Under the pieces are notes generated by a model, which worked only from the letters and a program-made list of their open reading frames with translations, had not been told where the DNA came from and did no database searches. DNA of 63,553 nucleotides, the filler included, from Reclinomonas americana ATCC 50394 (lineage: Eukaryota): the NCBI GenBank assembly GCA_048213135.1. It is 12 parts of 3 records of this genome, joined end to end, with 100 filler letters (N's around TTAATTAATTAA, not from the genome) between each part and the next. Parts side by side here need not be neighbours in the genome. Positions count along the whole stretch, not along the records: positions 1 to 7,876 come from PS015570.1; positions 7,977 to 19,193 come from PS015570.1; positions 19,294 to 23,819 come from PS015570.1; 9 more parts are not named here. One strand, 5' to 3'. The translations under genes and the position numbers were made by a program. Each line of letters starts with the position of its first letter. The stretch's first letter is position 1. Shown one piece after another: positions 1 through 20,914 of the stretch.

Positions 1-2250
1 CGGCGCACATCACGCCGATGTGGCGCTGACCCTCAACAATCTGGCTCTGGTGTACTTCACCGGCGGCCAGCTGGAGGCCGCTGCCGCCACCTATCAGCGT
101 GCGTTGGCCTCTCTAGAAGATGTACACGCGCAGAGTCGCACGGGGCATCAGGAGACAGCCTCGTGTCTGTTTGCACTCGGCAGCGTGTACATGCAACTGG
201 AGAACTGGCGCGAGGCTGAGGTGTGTGTGCGTGGTTATGTACCCTCCCCTGTCCTTGTTGTTTGTTTATGCTCGTGTATTCGCAGGTTTACTTCAAGCGG
301 TGCTTCAGGCAACGAGAAAGAGTGTTTGGCTACATGAACGCGGAGACGGGCGTCGCCGTCAACAACCTGGCGCACATGCTGCTGAAGCAGAAAAAGTACT
401 TTGATGCGGAGCGCAGATTCCGATCGTCGCTGGAGATTTTCGAGTCGGTGCTGGGGCCCGATGACCCCGACGTGGCCACGGTGCTTGTTTCATTGGCTGA
501 GGCGAGTATGTGTGTGTGTGTGCGCGCGTCTGCTTCTGCGTTCCCCCAAGAATGCGCTTCTCACACGTCCGGATATGATGTCGAAACAGGTCAAGGAGGC
601 GGTGCATGACATGGTGTCGGCGCAAAAGTATTTGTTGCGTGCACTGGCCATCCGCGAGGCTGCCTTTGGCACGCGCGATCGCATGGTCGAGCAAGTGTTG
701 TGGAGACTCGGTAACATCTACTCGTCGCTGCGTGATTTGCCGCATGCGTCGCAGAGTTGGAAGCGAGCGCTGAGAATTCGAGGTTTGGCAGTGTCGTCGT
801 CTCCACAGCGCTCTCGTTCTCGTTCTCTTTCGCCTGACGGAGTGGTGGACGTTTGGCAGAGCAATTATTTGGCGATGATGCGGCTGAGTTGGTGGAGGTT
901 CTCGACAAGCTGGGCCTCGCTGCCATCAAGCAGCAAGACTGGCGAAATGCGGAAGAGTACTTGGATCGAGAGCTGCCGATTCTGGAGACATTCCGCGGAC
1001 CGAACGACATTAGTGTGGCGCGCTGTTTGCTGAATCTCGGCTCCGTGTCGGTTGAACAGGTCTTGTCATCGCGCCCCAGTTGTTTTGTTTTTCCCCTTGG
1101 TCTTTGCCTGACGCATTTTTCTCGGTGAGCAGGACCGTCTCGGCAGTGCGCAAGATTTACTGCAGCGGGCGCGTGAGATTCTCGGCCAGTGGCCTCGACA
1201 GTACAGGTTGGAGTCGGGTAACGTGCTGAGATTACTGGGAGAGGTGTTTTATCGCCGCGGAGGCTACGTGGAGGCGACGGAGGTGCTCGAAATCGTTACG
1301 TCGCTGTTGGTGTACGAGATGAATCTCGATGCTGCCTTGTGCGTGTACATGCGTACTAACGTGCGTGCTCGTGCAATCCCCGTGCATTGTAGGCCTCGCT
1401 TGAGCTGTCGTTGGTGGAGAAATCCGACGAAAACATCGAAGCCCGTGCCTCCGCTCTGCACACGCTGGCACACTGTTACCAGAAGCTGGCCAACTTCAAA
1501 AAGGCCGAGTTGCTGTTTGAACGAACTCACGAGTTGTACTCTGTTGCGTGCATCCGCGGTAACGATTCGTGTGGTGCGGCGGCGCGGTTGCTGAACCGAG
1601 TTTGTTGCACCTGCGCAGAAAGTTCGCCGAGAAACCGATCCCAAGTTGGGTCTGGTGCTGCGTGAGCTGGCCATCATCAAGCGCCAGCGGGGTAAAGGTC
1701 AGGAGGTGCAGACGGCGCTGGAGACCACACTACAGTCACTACGGAAGGAGGTTTGTGTGGGCACGCCCGCGCGTCGCTGTAGATGAATGTGCCCGTTGCT
1801 GATTCGTGCACGCACACACAGCACGGCGATATGAACGAAGAAGTATTGGCGTGTGCCGACTCGCTGGCGCACTTGGCACACTCTCGTGGCCAGTTCAAAC
1901 GCGCCGTGCAGTTGTTTGAGCTGTGCGTGGAGATTTCGCGGACACTACACGGCACCAATCACGCCGAGCACCCGGTGTACTTGTGCAAGCTGGCCGATGT
2001 CCACTTCCACAAGGGACACTTTTGTGCGTCACTTCGCGTGTGCCTCGGTCTCTCTGTCTCTTGCGTGCGCTGACATTTTGGCGTGCTGCGTGCTGCAGTG
2101 CTCTGCGAGTCCATCTACAAGATGGTGTTGCGGACGTACGGCGAGGCACATCAAGTCAACGATCCAACACTTCTCGCCCTGCAAACACCGCGGGCGCCAG
2201 CCGGCAGTCAAGGACCGCAAGGTGTCGGAGGCTCCGGGCAACCCGAGGCT
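1..2250 (+). CDS. TPR-repeat protein (kinesin light chain/nephrocystin-3-like TPR array), partial, multi-exon
   Basis: Spliced exons give repeated ~42-aa units such as HADVALTLNNLALVYFTGGQLEAAAATYQRAL and ETGVAVNNLAHMLLKQKKYFDAERRFRSSLEIFESVLGPDDPDVA. Introns are GT-AG except one GC-AG (502-589). Runs off the window start and into a gap. Confidence 0.85.
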
Positions 2251-2270
2251 NNNNNNNNNNNNNNNNNNNN

Positions 2271-2852
2271 CGACCATGTCACCAACCATCGCCGACGAGT
2301 CGCAGCAAGTTCTCACTCCGCGTCTCGCTAATCTTCTTGAACACCATGTACATCCGTGAACCGACAAACATGGAGTTGTTGTAGTACAGCGAGTGGATCG
2401 CGTGAGAGTAATCCTGCGAGGCGCCCACCATCATCAACACACGAAGAGAGAGATCACACAGAGCATACATGAATGCACGCACCGTCGCCAGCTCGAGAGA
2501 CGCCCAGTCCACATCGACCAACAGCGAGCACAGTGTGAGTGTCTCGATCTTGGAAGCCCATCCACGAAGCAGCTTCTCGGCCACCACGACCTGCATGGCC
2601 TCTGTTGTCACGTCCGCCACACGCTGCGAGCACGAGAAACAAATAGAGTCAACAATTGGGTGTGAGTGCGCGCACACGCGACAAGGGAGTCGCACAAACC
2701 GAAGTCTGCGGCAGCGAGCGACGAATAGTGTTGAGTCGCTGCCGCGCCATCTGTGCCACACCAGCGCGACTGCTGCGCAACGAACTGCGCACAGTAGACA
2801 AAACACTGCTGGAAGCAGAGCTGGTATCTGACGAATTGCGACGATGGCCACC
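2271..2852 (-). CDS. Fragment of unknown alpha-helical protein (2 exons)
   Basis: Open frame ...RRSLPQTS|RVADVTTEAMQVVVAEKLLRGWASKIETL...LLRLVGDG across a GT-AG intron. Bounded by gaps and possibly the same gene as 3240-4124 on a flipped contig. Confidence 0.5.
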
Positions 2853-3239
2853 NNNNNNNNNNNNNNNNNNNNNNNNNNNNNNNNNNNNNNNNNNNNNNNN
2901 NNNNNNNNNNNNNNNNNNNNNNNNNNNNNNNNNNNNNNNNNNNNNNNNNNNNNNNNNNNNNNNNNNNNNNNNNNNNNNNNNNNNNNNNNNNNNNNNNNNN
3001 NNNNNNNNNNNNNNNNNNNNNNNNNNNNNNNNNNNNNNNNNNNNNNNNNNNNNNNNNNNNNNNNNNNNNNNNNNNNNNNNNNNNNNNNNNNNNNNNNNNN
3101 NNNNNNNNNNNNNNNNNNNNNNNNNNNNNNNNNNNNNNNNNNNNNNNNNNNNNNNNNNNNNNNNNNNNNNNNNNNNNNNNNNNNNNNNNNNNNNNNNNNN
3201 NNNNNNNNNNNNNNNNNNNNNNNNNNNNNNNNNNNNNNN

Positions 3240-4124
3240 CATTCTTCTGCGTGATGCGCTTCTTGCCCTCTGACGAACCCGAGCTGCGCCAGCTGTTCCA
3301 CCAGGTGCGTTTGACGTTGCGGGTGAGTTGCGGGATAGATGGCATGCAAAAGGCTGACACTGTGAATTCTTGATGGCAGCCGGCGCATGTGCAATACGCG
3401 GCTGGTGCCGTGTCCACTGACGGATCAGGTTCCGAGTTCGAGGAGCTCGGTACCCGTGTCACGCCGGCGCTCGCCGCTGTGTACCAGGTGCTGACGCTGG
3501 GCCGGACGGTGATGCCGGATGCCAACGAAGTCGGTCGGTCGGTCACGTCGCCGAGTGGTGGTGGAGCGAGTGGCAGTGGCGCCGGTCTGTCGTCGCAGGT
3601 CAGCCAGAGCGCCGCCATGCGCTCCCCCGACGCGCTGCCTGGAGAGCTCGCCGAGGGTGCCAACGTGGCAGCGAGCACCTCGAATGCTGTGGCGCAGTCC
3701 CTGTACACGAACTCGGCCGAGTTCTCACGACGTGGTCGCTCGGCCATGTCGCTGGCTCGAGAACGTGTGGACGACTGCGTGTCGCTGCTGATGGCGCCGC
3801 TGAAAACGCTGCGAAGAGACGGAATATCTCCAAAAGCCGCCCGGCGAGGTGAGTTGGCGTGCGGCCGTTGTGTTTCTTTTTCCTCTACTCACATTGCTGC
3901 ATGGTCACACCCACACACACACACCACGTACAGAGTTCCTGCTGGAGGTGGCATGGTGCGTGTACTCGGCCGCCGCAGCGCTGCAGAAGCGCATGACGGA
4001 GGTGTCGGAGGAACGCGACTCGGAACGGTACTTGTGGCCGCCGGTGGTCGGCGATCCCATTTCACTGCCGCGGCGCGGACTTCGCGCCTTTGTGTACAAC
4101 ACCCTTAACATGGGCAAGACGTAA
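3240..4124 (+). CDS. C-terminal fragment of unknown protein (3 exons)
   Basis: FFCVMRFLPSDEPELRQLFHQ|PAHVQYAAG...KAARR|EFLLEVAW...NMGKT* with canonical GT-AG introns. Stop TAA ends at 4124. Confidence 0.6.
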
Positions 4125-4215
4125 GGAAAAGTAAAGCCGTAGTGTGTTTGGTTTTGTTTACGCCGCCCTCTTGTCCCACACAGCACTCTTCTTTTGTTAT
4201 CATACGTAACACGCA

Positions 4216-6346
4216 ATGACAGTACGGCTACCACTACTGCTGCTACTGCTGCTGGTGGTGATTGCAGTGATCAGTCACAGCGCAAGTGCCGACCACATTG
4301 TGCGCAACGTGCGGCTTCCGGGCCAGCCCGCCAGCTACAATGCACCCATTCACGGTGGCTACATCACCATCAATGAGAGCACACAAAAGCAGCTCTTCTT
4401 CTTGTTCATGGAGAGCAAGCGCAACCCCGAGACCGACCCGTTGCGTGCCTGCCGCAAGAGAATGCGAGTGTGTCGACGACAGACAGTGATGATTGATTTT
4501 GCAATGCAGATTGATCGTTTGGCACAATGGTGGACCCGGCTGCTCCTCGCTCATTGATATGTTGTCGTCTTGTGTGTCGCCTTTGTCTTTGTGCGTGCAT
4601 TGTCGAGCTCATGACAAGTTCTTTCCCATCCGCGCACGAGCGTTCACAGAACTCGGACCCTTCTGGCCCCACAGCAATGGACGCGATTTGCAGTGGAACA
4701 GCAATGCGTGGAACCAGGTTGCGTCGGCGATGCCTGCCTGCATGCACAGACATGTATGAGCTGACTTGTGTGTCCATGCATGCCAGATCGCCAACATTGT
4801 GTTTGTGGAGAGCCCTGCGGGTGTGGGCTTCAGCACGTCGTCGCAAACCGCGGATTATCACACGGTCTGCTTTGTTATTTCCTGTCGCCTCTTCTTGGCA
4901 TTCTCTGACACGCGCGGGTGCTCGGCTTTCTTCTTCCGCAGGAGGACGCGCGGGTGGCGGCCGACGAGCTGGTGTTTGTAAAGGGCTTCTTGCAGCAGTT
5001 CCCGCAGTTTGCGAAGAACCCGATGTATCTGGCGGGCGAGAGTTGTGTTGCGGCTTGCTCTCCTTTTGCGAGGAGAGTGATGCGACTAAAGTGGATCCAT
5101 CATGTGCAGGTTTTGCTGGTCACTTTGTGCCGAACCTGGCGGTGCAGATCCGTCGCTACAACGACGCGCACGCCACAAACCCAATCAACCTGGTCGGTCT
5201 CTTGCTCGGTGCGTGCTTGATTCACACACACGTGCAGCATGCGTACTTGAGAGGCGCTGACTGTGGTGACTCGCCCAGGCAATCCGTGGCTGGACCCGTC
5301 GATCGACAATCGCGCCGTGGTGGACTTTTGGCTCAGCCACAGTCTCATTTCGTGGAAGACGCATGCCGACATTGTCGCCACCTGCCAGCTGGGTTCGATT
5401 GGCCCGCTGGCCGCCAACTGCAACAGCGCACTCGACCAGGCGGTGCGGGAGATTGGCGACATTAGCTTCTACTCGATCTACCAGGACGTCTGCTCGCCAC
5501 AGGCACAGACGGTGGCGTCGGCTGCCTCGGTCTCCCCAGCGTCCTCGATGGTGTGTTGCGAAAAACGACCGTCTCCCTCTCTTTTTCTTTCTGTACCTCA
5601 CTCCCTGGGTCGCTGCGTAGCCGCCGCTGATGCGTTTCCTGTCACGAANNNNNNNNNNNNNNNNNNNNNNNNNNNNNNNNNNNNNNNNNNNNNNNNNNNN
5701 NNNNNNNNNNNNNNNNNNNNNNNNNNNNNNNNNNNNNNNNNNNNNNNNNNNNNNNNNNNNNNNNNNNNNNNNNNNNNNNNNNNNNNNNNNNNNNNNNNNN
5801 NNNNNNNNNNNNNNNNNNNNNNNNNNNNNNNNNNNNNNNNNNNNNNNNNNNNNNNNNNNNNNNNNNNNNNNNNNNNNNNNNNNNNNNNNNNNNNNNNNNN
5901 NNNNNNNNNNNNNNNNNNNNNNNNNNNNNNNNNNNNNNNNNNNNNNNNNNNNNNNNNNNNNNNNNNNNNNNNNNNNNNNNNNNNNNNNNNNNNNNNNNNN
6001 NNNNNNNNNNNNNNNNNNNNNNNNNNNNNNNNNNNNNNNNNNNNNNNNNNNNNNNNNNNNNNNNNNNNNNNNNNNNNNNNNNNNNNNNNNNNNNNNNNNN
6101 NNNNNNNNNNNNNNNNNNNNNNNNNNNNNNNNNNNNNNNNNNNNNNNNNNNNNNNNNNNNNNNNNNNNNNNNNNNNNNNNNNNNNNNNNNNNNNNNNNNN
6201 NNNNNNNNNNNNNNNNNNNNNNNNNNNNNNNNNNNNNNNNNNNNNNNNNNNNNNNNNNNNNNNNNNNNNNNNNNNNNNNNNNNNNNNNNNNNNNNNNNNN
6301 NNNNNNNGTGGAGAAGCATGCCACCTTCCCCACGGCGTTTGAATAA
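4216..6346 (+). CDS. Serine carboxypeptidase, peptidase family S10 (secreted), central/C-terminal part in gap
   Basis: Signal peptide [20 protein letters not shown]. Motifs [45 protein letters not shown], catalytic GESFAGHFVP and GNP. The last exon 6308-6346 is tentative. Confidence 0.93.
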
Positions 6347-6657
6347 GCGCGGAGCCATGAAGAGGAGGAGACGAAAAGTAAACGCAACAACATGATGTTA
6401 TTCATGGATCACACAAGTTCCTCTGAGTGGCGCTCACGCACAAACACAAACACATACAAAGAAGGAGAGAAGCATAGATTTTTTCGGTTTTGACAAGGAA
6501 CATGGAGAGAGCCAACGAAAACCACATTTGCTGCACACAAGCAGTACAAACAAATAGGACACAAGGGGGGGGGGATTTCTTTTTGTTGTGGTGGTGGTGG
6601 TGGTTGTGGTGGTGGTAGTCGTGGTGGTGCCAACGACACCACGCAAATTTCTTTTCG

Positions 6658-9535
<2,878 letters not shown>

Positions 9536-9918
9536 TCTGGTGCGTGTGTGAAGGATGTGTGTGGAGGAGTGAAGAAGGGAGCGAGTGGGTGTTGCGAGCG
9601 CGTACTGCGGCGACTGCAACGAATGAATGCGTCCTGCATGCGAGGGACAAACAATGCGAAGCTGTCTGTTGGCGATGAGAAATGCTCTATTCAGGGCACA
9701 CAGCCACCAGGCCAGAGAAAGCTTCTCGATCAATACTTCGACTGCGCACAAGTTTTATCCTAATACGTGACCAAATTCTTTTACCAACGTTTGCACCTCA
9801 TTACACACCCACACACCCACACACACACACGGGAAGACTAGCAAGGCGAGCTGAATACAATGAAAATAACAAGCACACCCGCGCACAAACACACAGACAC
9901 AAACACACACAAACAAGA

Positions 9919-11964
<2,046 letters not shown>

Positions 11965-12095
11965 TCAACCCCTTCTACGCATTCGGTTCGCCTTGCATCA
12001 TACGCCAAGGAGGGTCCATTCGTTCCCATTGACTCTTGACCGGCCACCGTCGATGGATCCTCGATAACAAGCTCCGTTTTCTTTTACTCACCGGT

Positions 12096-15856
<3,761 letters not shown>

Positions 15857-16176
15857 NNNNNNNNNNNNNNNNNNNNNNNNNNNNNNNNNNNNNNNNNNNN
15901 NNNNNNNNNNNNNNNNNNNNNNNNNNNNNNNNNNNNNNNNNNNNNNNNNNNNNNNNNNNNNNNNNNNNNNNNNNNNNNNNNNNNNNNNNNNNNNNNNNNN
16001 NNNNNNNNNNNNNNNNNNNNNNNNNNNNNNNNNNNNNNNNNNNNNNNNNNNNNNNNNNNNNNNNNNNNNNNNNNNNNNNNNNNNNNNNNNNNNNNNNNNN
16101 NNNNNNNNNNNNNNNNNNNNNNNNNNNNNNNNNNNNNNNNNNNNNNNNNNNNNNNNNNNNNNNNNNNNNNNNNNNN

Positions 16177-16449
16177 GAAGAAGAAACGCAACGCGTCGTC
16201 GGGATAGGCATTGATCGTGTCGCAGATGAACAGCATCGCCTCCCAGTCCTCCGCCATCAGCGTCTCCGATGTGGCCTTTTCCACCACATCCTGAACACTG
16301 CGGTGAATGCGAGGAGGAGCGGACAAGCACGCGTCAGTCAATCAAACAACAGACAAGAGGAATGATCGATTCTGCGATCGAGACACACAGAGAACACGCA
16401 CACACACATATATAAGACAGAGAACGAATGGACGCAACGTGCTCGACAT
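16177..16449 (-). CDS. VHS-domain protein (HRS/STAM/TOM1-like), N-terminal fragment
   Basis: MSST|VQDVVEKATSETLMAEDWEAMLFICDTINAYPDDA matches the start of a VHS domain (EKAT.E.L...DW...L.ICD.IN). Confidence 0.8.
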
Positions 16450-16704
16450 CCCGCCGCGCTGCAAAACACACTCAAACAAAGTGGGACAACTCATCCGTCG
16501 GCTGGACCGGGCGGTGGATTCCCCCGGTCTTCGTCTTCGGAACATGCCGGAGTCCGATCATCCGCTCATACAGGCGTATGCGCGGGAATGTGCCGTTCAC
16601 GTGTGGAGTATGCGCTGAGTGAATGAAAGGAACAATGCGCAGACACGTCGAAGTGGACAGTTGCATGATCGCGAGCACTTTCCAAGCACACAACACACAC
16701 AGCC

Positions 16705-17651
16705 ATGCTGCTGCGCGCGGTGCTCCGTGGCAACTCGCCGTTTGCTCTGCAGGTACACGCGCGTCACACACACGCACGCACGCACGCCCTGTCTCTCCAT
16801 TCACGCGCTGGCCATGGCCATGACAATCACTCTCTCTCTCACACACACACTCTTACGCACACTCAGCGACGAGGGATGAATGTGATTCGGAAAGTGCCTC
16901 CGTCGACCGACGGTGGCGAACTGAGCGATTTCCCGGGCGCGGCGGCACCCTTCACCAGCAAAATTCACTTTGTGAAGGGTCATGCGGCGATGCCCGTGTA
17001 TCGTGTCATGGGTCTCGATGGGAACCTCTTGGTGCCCTCGGACGATCCACAGGTGTGTGCTTGTATGCAATTTCATTCACAAATGCATGCCACAGGGAGA
17101 ATCATTGCATCTTTTTCTTTTTGCGTGTAGTGGACCGAGGAGCGCAGTGTGTCGCTGTACAAGGAGATGGTGCAGCTGAGTGTGCTCGACGATATCATGT
17201 ACAAGGCGCAGCGGCACGGGCAGATTTCGTTCTACATGACCAACTATGGCGAGGAGGCGACGCAGATTGGCTCGGCGTTTGCGCTGGAGCCGACCGACAT
17301 GATCTTTGGGCAGTACCGCGAGGCCGGCGTGCTCTTCCACCGTGGATTCACGCTCAACGAGGCCATGGCGCAGCTCTTCTCGAGCAAGTCGGATCTCGGC
17401 AAGGGCCGCCAGATGCCCATTCATTACGGCTCGCGCAAGCTGAACTTCCAGGCATGTTGCTTCATTGTTGTTGCTCAGTCAGCAGTGTCAGTGCTGACCT
17501 GTGTGGTGGTGGTGTGTAGACCATCTCGTCGCCACTCGGCACGCAGATCCCGCAGGCGGCTGGTTCGGCGTACGCGTTCAAGCTGGCCCGCCGTCCCAAC
17601 ATTGTCATGTGCTACTTTGGTGAGGGCGCGGCCTCCGAGGGTGACTTCCAT
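16705..17651 (+). CDS. BCKDHA: Branched-chain alpha-keto acid dehydrogenase E1 alpha, 5' half
   Basis: Mitochondrial-type presequence [18 protein letters not shown], then [49 protein letters not shown] and [13 protein letters not shown]. Confidence 0.95.
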
Positions 17652-18490
17652 NNNNNNNNNNNNNNNNNNNNNNNNNNNNNNNNNNNNNNNNNNNNNNNNN
17701 NNNNNNNNNNNNNNNNNNNNNNNNNNNNNNNNNNNNNNNNNNNNNNNNNNNNNNNNNNNNNNNNNNNNNNNNNNNNNNNNNNNNNNNNNNNNNNNNNNNN
17801 NNNNNNNNNNNNNNNNNNNNNNNNNNNNNNNNNNNNNNNNNNNNNNNNNNNNNNNNNNNNNNNNNNNNNNNNNNNNNNNNNNNNNNNNNNNNNNNNNNNN
17901 NNNNNNNNNNNNNNNNNNNNNNNNNNNNNNNNNNNNNNNNNNNNNNNNNNNNNNNNNNNNNNNNNNNNNNNNNNNNNNNNNNNNNNNNNNNNNNNNNNNN
18001 NNNNNNNNNNNNNNNNNNNNNNNNNNNNNNNNNNNNNNNNNNNNNNNNNNNNNNNNNNNNNNNNNNNNNNNNNNNNNNNNNNNNNNNNNNNNNNNNNNNN
18101 NNNNNNNNNNNNNNNNNNNNNNNNNNNNNNNNNNNNNNNNNNNNNNNNNNNNNNNNNNNNNNNNNNNNNNNNNNNNNNNNNNNNNNNNNNNNNNNNNNNN
18201 NNNNNNNNNNNNNNNNNNNNNNNNNNNNNNNNNNNNNNNNNNNNNNNNNNNNNNNNNNNNNNNNNNNNNNNNNNNNNNNNNNNNNNNNNNNNNNNNNNNN
18301 NNNNNNNNNNNNNNNNNNNNNNNNNNNNNNNNNNNNNNNNNNNNNNNNNNNNNNNNNNNNNNNNNNNNNNNNNNNNNNNNNNNNNNNNNNNNNNNNNNNN
18401 NNNNNNNNNNNNNNNNNNNNNNNNNNNNNNNNNNNNNNNNNNNNNNNNNNNNNNNNNNNNNNNNNNNNNNNNNNNNNNNNNNNNNNNNNN

Positions 18491-19193
18491 CCACCACCAC
18501 CACCACCATGAGCACACCGAAAACAGCAAAGGGTGGCGATGTGCGAATTCACCTGTCGAGGTGGGAGACGACATTCTGGTGTGCCTCGGCTTGGTACGCC
18601 GCCTCCTTCTCCTTGTTCCACCAGCCCTTCTTCTCCAGATAGAGGCGGTAGCGGATGATGGGGTTGCGCGGAGTCTCGCGCCACTGTGTCAGCTCGTCCT
18701 TGGAGCGGTAGCGCGTGGAGTCGTCGGATGTCGAGTGGTGGCCACCTGCAGTGACCGGTGAGGTGGAGGAGGAGGAGGAGGGGGAGCAATGGTGACACAG
18801 ACTGACCTCGATAGCTCATTGCTTCAATGAGAACGGGGTGGTTGTGCTTCAGTGCCAACTCGCGTGCCTGCTTGGTGACATTGTAGACGGCGAACAGATC
18901 GTTGCCGTCGACTCGAATGCTGTGAATGCCGTAGCCGAGACCACGTGCGACAATACCGTCGCCTGTGATGCGCGGCGATGTGAGTCTGCGCTGCCACCAC
19001 AACTATAAGAGGAACCAGAGCAACGCACCGCGATACTGCTCGTGCGCCGGCGTGGAAATGGCGTAGCCATTGTTGCGGCAGAAGAAGACCACCGGGCACT
19101 GTGCGCGTGGTGTTCGTGCGTGAGTGTGTGTGCTCTTTCCTCGCCCTTCGTACGCACACGTACCTCCAGTGTGGCGGAAAAGTTCAGTGCGGC
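18491..19193 (-). CDS. BCKDHA: BCKDH E1 alpha, 3' half on an inverted contig
   Basis: [36 protein letters not shown] and [16 protein letters not shown] continue directly from the + strand half. Confidence 0.93.
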
Positions 19194-19312
19194 NNNNNNN
19201 NNNNNNNNNNNNNNNNNNNNNNNNNNNNNNNNNNNNNTTAATTAATTAANNNNNNNNNNNNNNNNNNNNNNNNNNNNNNNNNNNNNNNNNNNNCTATGCT
19301 TGTTTTTCGTAC

Positions 19313-20727
19313 ATGCAATGGTTGCGGAGACGCGGTGTCGCGGTGGGAGTGTTCGCGCTGGCACTCCTCACCCTGTGCGGCATGCTGCTCTTTCCTCCAG
19401 TCACACAGGTGGCGGAAAACACACACGTGTCCTTCATCACACACACACTGTCTCCCTCACATACACGCGTGGCTCTCAGATCGACAGCATCGATGAAGAA
19501 GAAGGAGAGGGAGAGCGCAGTAGTGCTGCAGACACAGGCGAAGAGCTGCACCACAACTTTTTCGCCATCGGAGTGATCTCGCATCGGGGAATGTACGAGA
19601 AACGAGTGCGACGCATGCAAGAGACGTGGTTGGGCGGTGCTCTGCGCGATCGCTGGGCCTGCTGGGGTGATGTGGACGATGCGGAGAGGCAGTGCGTGGG
19701 ACTGCGCGACCTCGATGCAAAGCAGCGTGGCAAGACTTGGTGAGTGTGCGATGCAAGAATCGATCGCCCACACAGCTGCTGACTGGGCGGCAGGCTTGGC
19801 AACAATCCCTCTGACGGACGTGTGTTGCTGGGAGTGGAGCACCTCAATCGCACGCTGGCTGGTCGCTTTCGCTGGATGGTTGTCGTCGACGATGACACGA
19901 CGGTGTTCCTGTCGCGACTGCGTGCGGAGCTCGATGCACTCGATCACACGCAGCGGTGAGGGCGTGTCGCCACAGAACGTGTGCGTTTCGACGGGTGTCA
20001 CTCACTGCTGTGCGCCAGCTTCTTTCTTGGGCACGTGACGTCGCCGCCGGGATCGCAGGCGTGCACGCCGTCGGCTGGCGGAAGCAGCAACAGCACGGTG
20101 GTCCCGCTCGGCCACGCCGGCTGCTGTCACGGGCGAGCTCCGTGCGTGCTGTCGCCCGACGCTCTGGCCGCACGACCAGCCCACTGTCCGGTGGTGCGCA
20201 ATGGGCAGGAGTTTGTGCTGGACCGGGAGAACGCCGAGGCTGTCGATGAGTGGCACTACCCGCCCAGCTCGTCGCCGTATGGTGGTGCTGGGTACGTACT
20301 CAGCGCCGGCCTCCTCAACTCCATCCCGGTGGAGCACTGGCATCGGTGTGCCGAAACAACGGCTTGTGGTGGCGGAGATGTGCGGGTGGCGTTGTGCGTG
20401 GAGAGTGCCAACGTCGGTCTCATTCACTGGCGCGGCTTCTCGGTGCGGACTCGCTTCTGATGATGCTGTTGATCTTCCTCCTGCTGATGGCGTGTGCAGA
20501 AGGATCTCTTGCAGTTTGATCGACACACTCGGCGCCTGCCTGCTGGCCTGCTTTCGCAGCATCGAGCGTTCGGAGCGACGGCGCGGGCACTCTGGGTGCT
20601 TGAGCAGCGCGATGCGCTGGAAAACCCTGACTTGTCGCCACTGGTCCATCAGCACATGCTGTGGCGGTTGCGTGGCGCCGAATTGGTCGGTGATGATGAC
20701 GAGACTGCGGAGGTCGATGCCGGATGA
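19313..20727 (+). CDS. Fringe-like/GT31 glycosyltransferase, type II membrane
   Basis: N-terminal TM anchor, RWMVVVDDDTTVFL (DxD), YGGAGYVLSAGLL and GDVRVALC. Five exons. Confidence 0.85.
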
Positions 20728-20914
20728 CCGCGCTGTAACGGGGGTGATGATATCCGAGAGACCGCGGCATGTTGACGTGGTAAGTGTTGGAATGATGGAA
20801 ACAGCCACTACAGCAGTGCATAGCCGCCAACAGTGCGCTTCATTGCAGACAACGGATGGCGGGATCGGCACTACCACTGCGTTCGTGCGGATCGCTGATG
20901 TCGTCGCCCTGGCA

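Noticed and set aside
15857..16449. Possible VHS-TMEM260 fusion (same strand, adjacent)
   Set aside because: They are separated by a gap that must hold missing parts of both genes, and no sequence links them.
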